Assembly: GCA_965205265.1 (NCBI GenBank)
Contig: CBDBGH010000003.1
Coordinates: forward strand, 1,248,001 to 1,312,000
Direction: 5' to 3'
Origin: Alphaproteobacteria bacterium
GTDB taxonomy: Bacteria > Pseudomonadota > Alphaproteobacteria > Bin95
Length of the DNA stretch: 64,000 nt
Below, piece by piece: positions 59,750-64,000 of this stretch; within the stretch, counting starts at the first letter, position 1, and the number at the start of each line of letters is the position of its first letter. Made by a program: the position numbers and the translations under genes. The notes under the pieces were generated by a model. That model did not search any database. It had not been told where the DNA came from and saw only the letters and a list, made by a program, of their open reading frames with translations.

Positions 59750-60370
59750 TTGAGATACGCCATCTACTACACGCCGGCGCCGGAAAGCGCGCTGGCGCGC
59801 TTCGGCGAGGGCTGGTTCGCCCGGAAGGCGCCCTTTCTGGACGCCGCGCGCCGCTATGGATTCCACGGCACGCTCAAGGCGCCGTTCCGGCTGGCGACAG
59901 GAGCGAGCGAAGCCGGGCTGCTGCTCGCGGCGGCGCGTTTTGCAGGGGAACGCGGCGCTCTCCGGGGACCGCCGCTTCGCCCGGCGGTTCTGGCAGGCTT
60001 CCTCGCGCTCATGCCGTCGGAGCCGTTCGAAGAGCTCGACCGCCTCGCCGCCGACTGCGTCGCCGCCTTCGACCGGTTCCGGGCGCCGCCCGGCGAAGCC
60101 GAACTCGCGCGCCGGCGCCGGGCCGGCCTCAGCGCAGGCCAGGAGGCGCTGCTGCGGCGCTGGGGCTACCCCTATGTCATGGAGGCGTTCCGTTTTCACA
60201 TGACACTGACCGACCGCCTGGACGAAGCGAGGCTGGCGAGCGAGCGCGCCCTCGCCGGGGCGATGCTGGGAGAGGCGCCGGCCCCGTTCGATGTCGATGC
60301 GGTGACGGTCATGGTCGAGCCGGCGGACGGTGCGGCGTTCCGAATTCTCCGGCGCCTCGCGTTGGGATAG
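59750..60370 (+). CDS. DUF1045 (2H phosphoesterase-like, phosphonate-associated) protein
   Basis: RYAIYYTP, YGFHGTLKAPF, WGYPYV, FHMTLT. Confidence 0.88.
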   Translation: MRYAIYYTPAPESALARFGEGWFARKAPFLDAARRYGFHGTLKAPFRLATGASEAGLLLAAARFAGERGALRGPPLRPAVLAGFLALMPSEPFEELDRLAADCVAAFDRFRAPPGEAELARRRRAGLSAGQEALLRRWGYPYVMEAFRFHMTLTDRLDEARLASERALAGAMLGEAPAPFDVDAVTVMVEPADGAAFRILRRLALG

Positions 60371-60473
60371 CCGGGTTGGAGGCGAAGCGCCGAACGACAA
60401 TCCGGGCAAACTGGCCGATCATCGGAACAGGTTATATGATTGTTCCGGGAAACCGACCGAGAGGGTGAGGAAC

Positions 60474-60914
60474 ATGAGAACGATCATTATGGCGGGCCTG
60501 CTCGCGATTTGCACCGTCGGTGCGGCGTTCGCCCAGGGGGCTCCGTCCAAACCGGGGGCCAAAGTGTACTTCGCCAACCTGGCCGACGGCGACACGGTGA
60601 CCAGTCCGGTCAGGATTCTCTTCGGCCTGTCCGGTATGGGCATTGCGCCCGCAGGTGTGGAAATGGAGGGAACCGGCCACCACCATCTGCTGGTCGACCG
60701 TCCGCCATTGGGTCAGGGCGAGGACGGCGCCGAAGAACTGCTTTACAGCATTCCGACGGACGACAACCATCGGCATTTCGGCGGCGGTCAGACCGAGACG
60801 GTGCTGGAATTGGCGCCGGGCGCGCATACGCTCCAGCTTGTCCTGGGCGACTATGCGCATGTGCCGCACTCTCCACCCGTCATGTCCGAGGTCATCACCG
60901 TCACGGTGAAGTAA
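60474..60914 (+). CDS. DUF4399 secreted protein
   Basis: Signal peptide, TGHHHLL, HFGGGQTE, HTLQL. Confidence 0.88.
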   Translation: MRTIIMAGLLAICTVGAAFAQGAPSKPGAKVYFANLADGDTVTSPVRILFGLSGMGIAPAGVEMEGTGHHHLLVDRPPLGQGEDGAEELLYSIPTDDNHRHFGGGQTETVLELAPGAHTLQLVLGDYAHVPHSPPVMSEVITVTVK

Positions 60915-60989
60915 TCCGGCCCGCCGGCGGAGACGTAGGCCAGCTGCGCCGCGACGATTCCCCCGGCGGCCGCTGAGCAGCGGGGAAGC

Positions 60990-61688
60990 ATGACCGACGG
61001 CGAGGAAGGACGGGTTGAAGAGCCCCGGGAAGCGCGCATCTGGGACCGCGCGACCCGGATTTTCCACTGGGTCCTCGTGGCGCTGGTTGTCGTCTGCTAT
61101 CTGAGCGGGCGAAACGGGCGGTTCGACATCCATATCCCGGCCGGACAGGCGCTGCTCGTGCTCATCGCGGCGCGGATATTGTGGGGCTTCGCGGGCAGCA
61201 GCTCGTCCCGCTTTCGCGCCTTCGTCCGCCCGCCGCGGGAGATCATGGCCTATCTGCCGACCATGATGCGGCGCGAGCCGGACGGGCGCGCCGGGCACAA
61301 TCCGCTGGGCGGGCTGTCGGTGGTCGCGATGCTGCTGGTCCTCGCCGCGCAGGCAAGCCTCGGGCTCTTCGCGGTCGATGTGGACGGGCTGAATGACGGC
61401 CCGCTCAGTTTCCTCGTCAGCTACGACGCCGCGCGGGAAGCGGCCGAACTGCATGCGATGGTGGTGGACGGCCTGCTCATACTCGTCGGCCTCCACGTCC
61501 TCGCGGTGCTGTTCCACCTGCTCTACAAGCGCGAGAACCTCACCCGCGCGATGCTGACCGGGCGCGGACGGCTCGCAAAAGGGCAGGCGCCGCCGCACAT
61601 GGTTTCCGAGTGGCGGGCGCTGCTCGCGCTCGCGCTGGCGGCTGTCGCCGTCCTCGGCGGAATCGAGATCGCGGCGCGCGTCTTCTAG
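60990..61688 (+). CDS. cytochrome b/b6-like di-heme membrane protein
   Basis: WDRATRIFHW, GHNPLG, LHVLAV, ENLTRAMLTG. Confidence 0.88.
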   Translation: MTDGEEGRVEEPREARIWDRATRIFHWVLVALVVVCYLSGRNGRFDIHIPAGQALLVLIAARILWGFAGSSSSRFRAFVRPPREIMAYLPTMMRREPDGRAGHNPLGGLSVVAMLLVLAAQASLGLFAVDVDGLNDGPLSFLVSYDAAREAAELHAMVVDGLLILVGLHVLAVLFHLLYKRENLTRAMLTGRGRLAKGQAPPHMVSEWRALLALALAAVAVLGGIEIAARVF

Positions 61689-61716
61689 ACGGTGAGCGCG
61701 CGCCGCGCGGCCGGGC

Positions 61717-61948
61717 CAGAGCACGCTTCTTTCAGACTGAAACGAGGGTCCGGCTGTCCCTCGATACGCGGCTGGCGCCGCTACTCGGGATGAGGGAATG
61801 CTCCGAGTTCTGCCCTCCTGCCTTCCCTCACCCTGAGTAGCGCCCGCGCCGCTTCCTCCTGCCCCTCACCCTGAGTAGCGCCCGCGCTAGCGGGCGCGTA
61901 TCGAAGGGCGGCTGCCGCTCCGGTTCAACATGAACGGATACCGCGCTA
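61717..61948. mobile_element. IS630-like MITE with family-D palindromes
   Basis: Right end CCGGTTCAACATGAACGGATACCGCGCTA resembles the reverse complement of 2356-2385 and supplies the TAG of the cytochrome c' gene. Confidence 0.6.
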
Positions 61949-62431
61949 GTTCCGCTTTTCGCGGAAGACGCGGTGGCAGCCCCCGCAGCCGTTCTTGCCG
62001 AGGTCGCCGAACGCAGCGCCCACAGCGCCGGCATCGCCGGACGCAAGGGCGGTCTTGAGCGCTGCCGCCTTGTCGCCGAGCAGGCCCGCCGCCGCCGTGA
62101 AGTCATCCCACTTTTCCCAGACGACATCCTTCGTTTCGGACTTCGGGTCCGCGCCCATCCCGGTGCCGGGCGGGAAGACATCCGGAATCTTCGGCGCCGC
62201 CGCGGCGATGACCGCGGCCGCCTGAGACGCCTCCTCGGCGGAGTTGCGGCCTTCGACGAAGCCCTTGAGCGTGCGCATCGCGCCGCCCATGCCCTTCATG
62301 AGCTTGCTGCGCTCCTCCATGACCTTGCCGTGCTGGTCGGCGACCGCGACCTGCTCCGGACCGAAGGCCGCAAACGCCACAACAAGGGCAAAGGCCCAGA
62401 CGGCTACCCATTTCGATTTACCGATTCGCAT
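61946..62431 (-). CDS. cytochrome c' / c556 (class II)
   Basis: Signal peptide, R...MK, W..W.DF, C-terminal CGGCH. Confidence 0.92.
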   Translation of the reverse strand: MRIGKSKWVAVWAFALVVAFAAFGPEQVAVADQHGKVMEERSKLMKGMGGAMRTLKGFVEGRNSAEEASQAAAVIAAAAPKIPDVFPPGTGMGADPKSETKDVVWEKWDDFTAAAGLLGDKAAALKTALASGDAGAVGAAFGDLGKNGCGGCHRVFREKRN

Positions 62432-62504
62432 GGCTCCTCCGCGCTCTAAGCCTGTATTGACTTCTCAGAAAGCCAGCATAAGCCATGGTGTTGCGAAGGG
62501 CGAG

Positions 62505-63695
62505 CTACGCGTTGAGGTATCCGCCGCGCGTCTGCGGCAGCTTCTTGCCGAGGATGGCGCCGGCGACGACATTGCGCAGCACTTCGGCCGTGCCGCCGCC
62601 GATGGTGAACATGCGCACGTCCCGCGCCATGCGCTCCAGCGGGCGGTCGCGCGAATAGCCGCGCGCGCCGAAGAGCTGCAGGGCGTCATTGACCACCTGG
62701 ATCGCGCTTTCCGAGGTCATGACCTTCGCCTGCGCGGCCAGCAGCATGTCGGGAAAGCCGCCTTCGCCGCTGCGCGCCGCGCCATAGACCAGCGCCCGGC
62801 TGGCGGCGAGCTTGATCGACATGTCGGCAAGCTTCCATTGCAGGCCCTGGAACTCGTTGATCGGCCGGCCGAACTGCTCGCGCTCCTCCGACCAGTCGAG
62901 CGCCAGCCGGTAGGCGCCCTCGGCGATGCCGAGCGCCACGGTGGCCGCGCCGACGCGCTGGCTGTTATAGGCGGTCATCAGGTCCGCGAAGCCCTTTTTC
63001 AGCCCGCGTGGCGGCATGAGCATCATGGAGGGCGGCACCTCCATCTCCTCGAAGGCGATCTCCGCCTCCGGTATGCCGCGCAGCCCCATGGTCGGCTCGC
63101 GGCGCAGGATGCGCAGCCCCTCGGTCTCGTCGCGAATGGCGAGGAAGCCGCCGATGCCCTGCTCGGCGCCGTCCTCGTCGAAGACGCGCGCGAAGATCAG
63201 ATGCAGCCGCGAGACGCCGCCGCCGGTGATCCAGTGCTTGCCGCCGTTCACCACATAGCGGTTGCCGCGCCGGTCGGCCCTCGTGGTCATCTCGCCGGCG
63301 GAAGACCCGGCTTCCGGTTCCGTGATGCAGATTGCCGGCTTGTCGCCGGCCAGCACCATGTCGGCGGCCATGCGCTTCTGCTCTTCCGTGCCGTATGCCA
63401 TGACCGCGCTGATGGCGCCCATATTGGTCTCGACCACGATCCGCCCGGTGACCGAACAGGCCTTCGACATCTCCTCGATGACCAGCACGGCATCCAGCCA
63501 GGACCGCCCCTGGCCGCCATAGGCTTCGGGAATCGTCATGCCGACGAAGCCGCCCTCGACCAGCCGGTCCACATGGTCCCAGGGATAGGATTCGGTGCGG
63601 TCCACTTCCGCGGCTCGCTCCCGCACCGGCCCTTTGGCCAGGTCCCGCGCCGCCGATTGCAAGGCGCGCTGGCGGTCCGTCAGTTCGAATGTCAT
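62505..63695 (-). CDS. acdA: acyl-CoA dehydrogenase-family 3-sulfinopropanoyl-CoA desulfinase
   Basis: YPWD, GRIVVE, LAGDKPAICITEP, WITGGGVS, AYNSQRVGA, KLPQTR match the recalled Advenella Acd sequence. Confidence 0.8.
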   Translation of the reverse strand: MTFELTDRQRALQSAARDLAKGPVRERAAEVDRTESYPWDHVDRLVEGGFVGMTIPEAYGGQGRSWLDAVLVIEEMSKACSVTGRIVVETNMGAISAVMAYGTEEQKRMAADMVLAGDKPAICITEPEAGSSAGEMTTRADRRGNRYVVNGGKHWITGGGVSRLHLIFARVFDEDGAEQGIGGFLAIRDETEGLRILRREPTMGLRGIPEAEIAFEEMEVPPSMMLMPPRGLKKGFADLMTAYNSQRVGAATVALGIAEGAYRLALDWSEEREQFGRPINEFQGLQWKLADMSIKLAASRALVYGAARSGEGGFPDMLLAAQAKVMTSESAIQVVNDALQLFGARGYSRDRPLERMARDVRMFTIGGGTAEVLRNVVAGAILGKKLPQTRGGYLNA

Positions 63696-63737
63696 GGGCT
63701 TGCGTCCCCGCCGCAGGTCCGTCAACACTAGCCCATC

Positions 63738-63995
63738 ATGAACGAGGGGTCAGCAGAGCTGCCGCCGGAGACATGGCATCCGGTGCGCATTCATCCGAAA
63801 CGCAGCCTGTGGCGCCGGCGGAGCGCGCCGCCGGTCCGCCGCGACCCCCGCCCGATGGTTGCGTGGTGCGAGAAGCGGGTGCGGCACCCGTGGAAGGCGG
63901 TGCTGGAGCCCGACCTCACCCAGGTCTTCTGGTTCGAGCACAATGACGACGCCCAGCGTTTCGCGCTCCGCTTCTTCCCGTTCAGATGCAGCTAG
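63738..63995 (+). CDS. hypothetical protein (85 aa)
   Basis: Complete ORF divergent from acdA; aromatic pattern WCE...W...FWFE..DA..FAL.F. Confidence 0.5.
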   Translation: MNEGSAELPPETWHPVRIHPKRSLWRRRSAPPVRRDPRPMVAWCEKRVRHPWKAVLEPDLTQVFWFEHNDDAQRFALRFFPFRCS

Positions 63996-64000
63996 GGCAT

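Overview
High-GC alphaproteobacterial chromosomal segment (gene order suggests a Rhodospirillales-like organism; this is inference). Core genes include gltBD, purH, der (with a 1-nt frameshift), a bamB-like gene, pccB, ATP12, plsC/ydcF and a coxDEF-mocA-like block. There are many catabolic oxidoreductases, three toxin-antitoxin-type loci and a dense set of REP-like palindromes with nested MITEs. The most notable feature is a 1337-bp element (19771-21107) that carries only a tnpB gene with all RuvC catalytic motifs. It is bounded by 23-bp terminal inverted repeats and a perfect 8-bp target-site duplication (ACAACTTT), which is DDE/IS1595-like rather than IS200/IS605 or IS607 architecture. It inserted into the first codons of an HNH restriction-endonuclease gene. 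That gene lies in a lower-GC islet that also holds a stand-alone EcoRII N-terminal domain gene with a possible SOS promoter. No rRNA, tRNA or CRISPR array was seen. All family calls come from motif recognition by eye, not from database searches.
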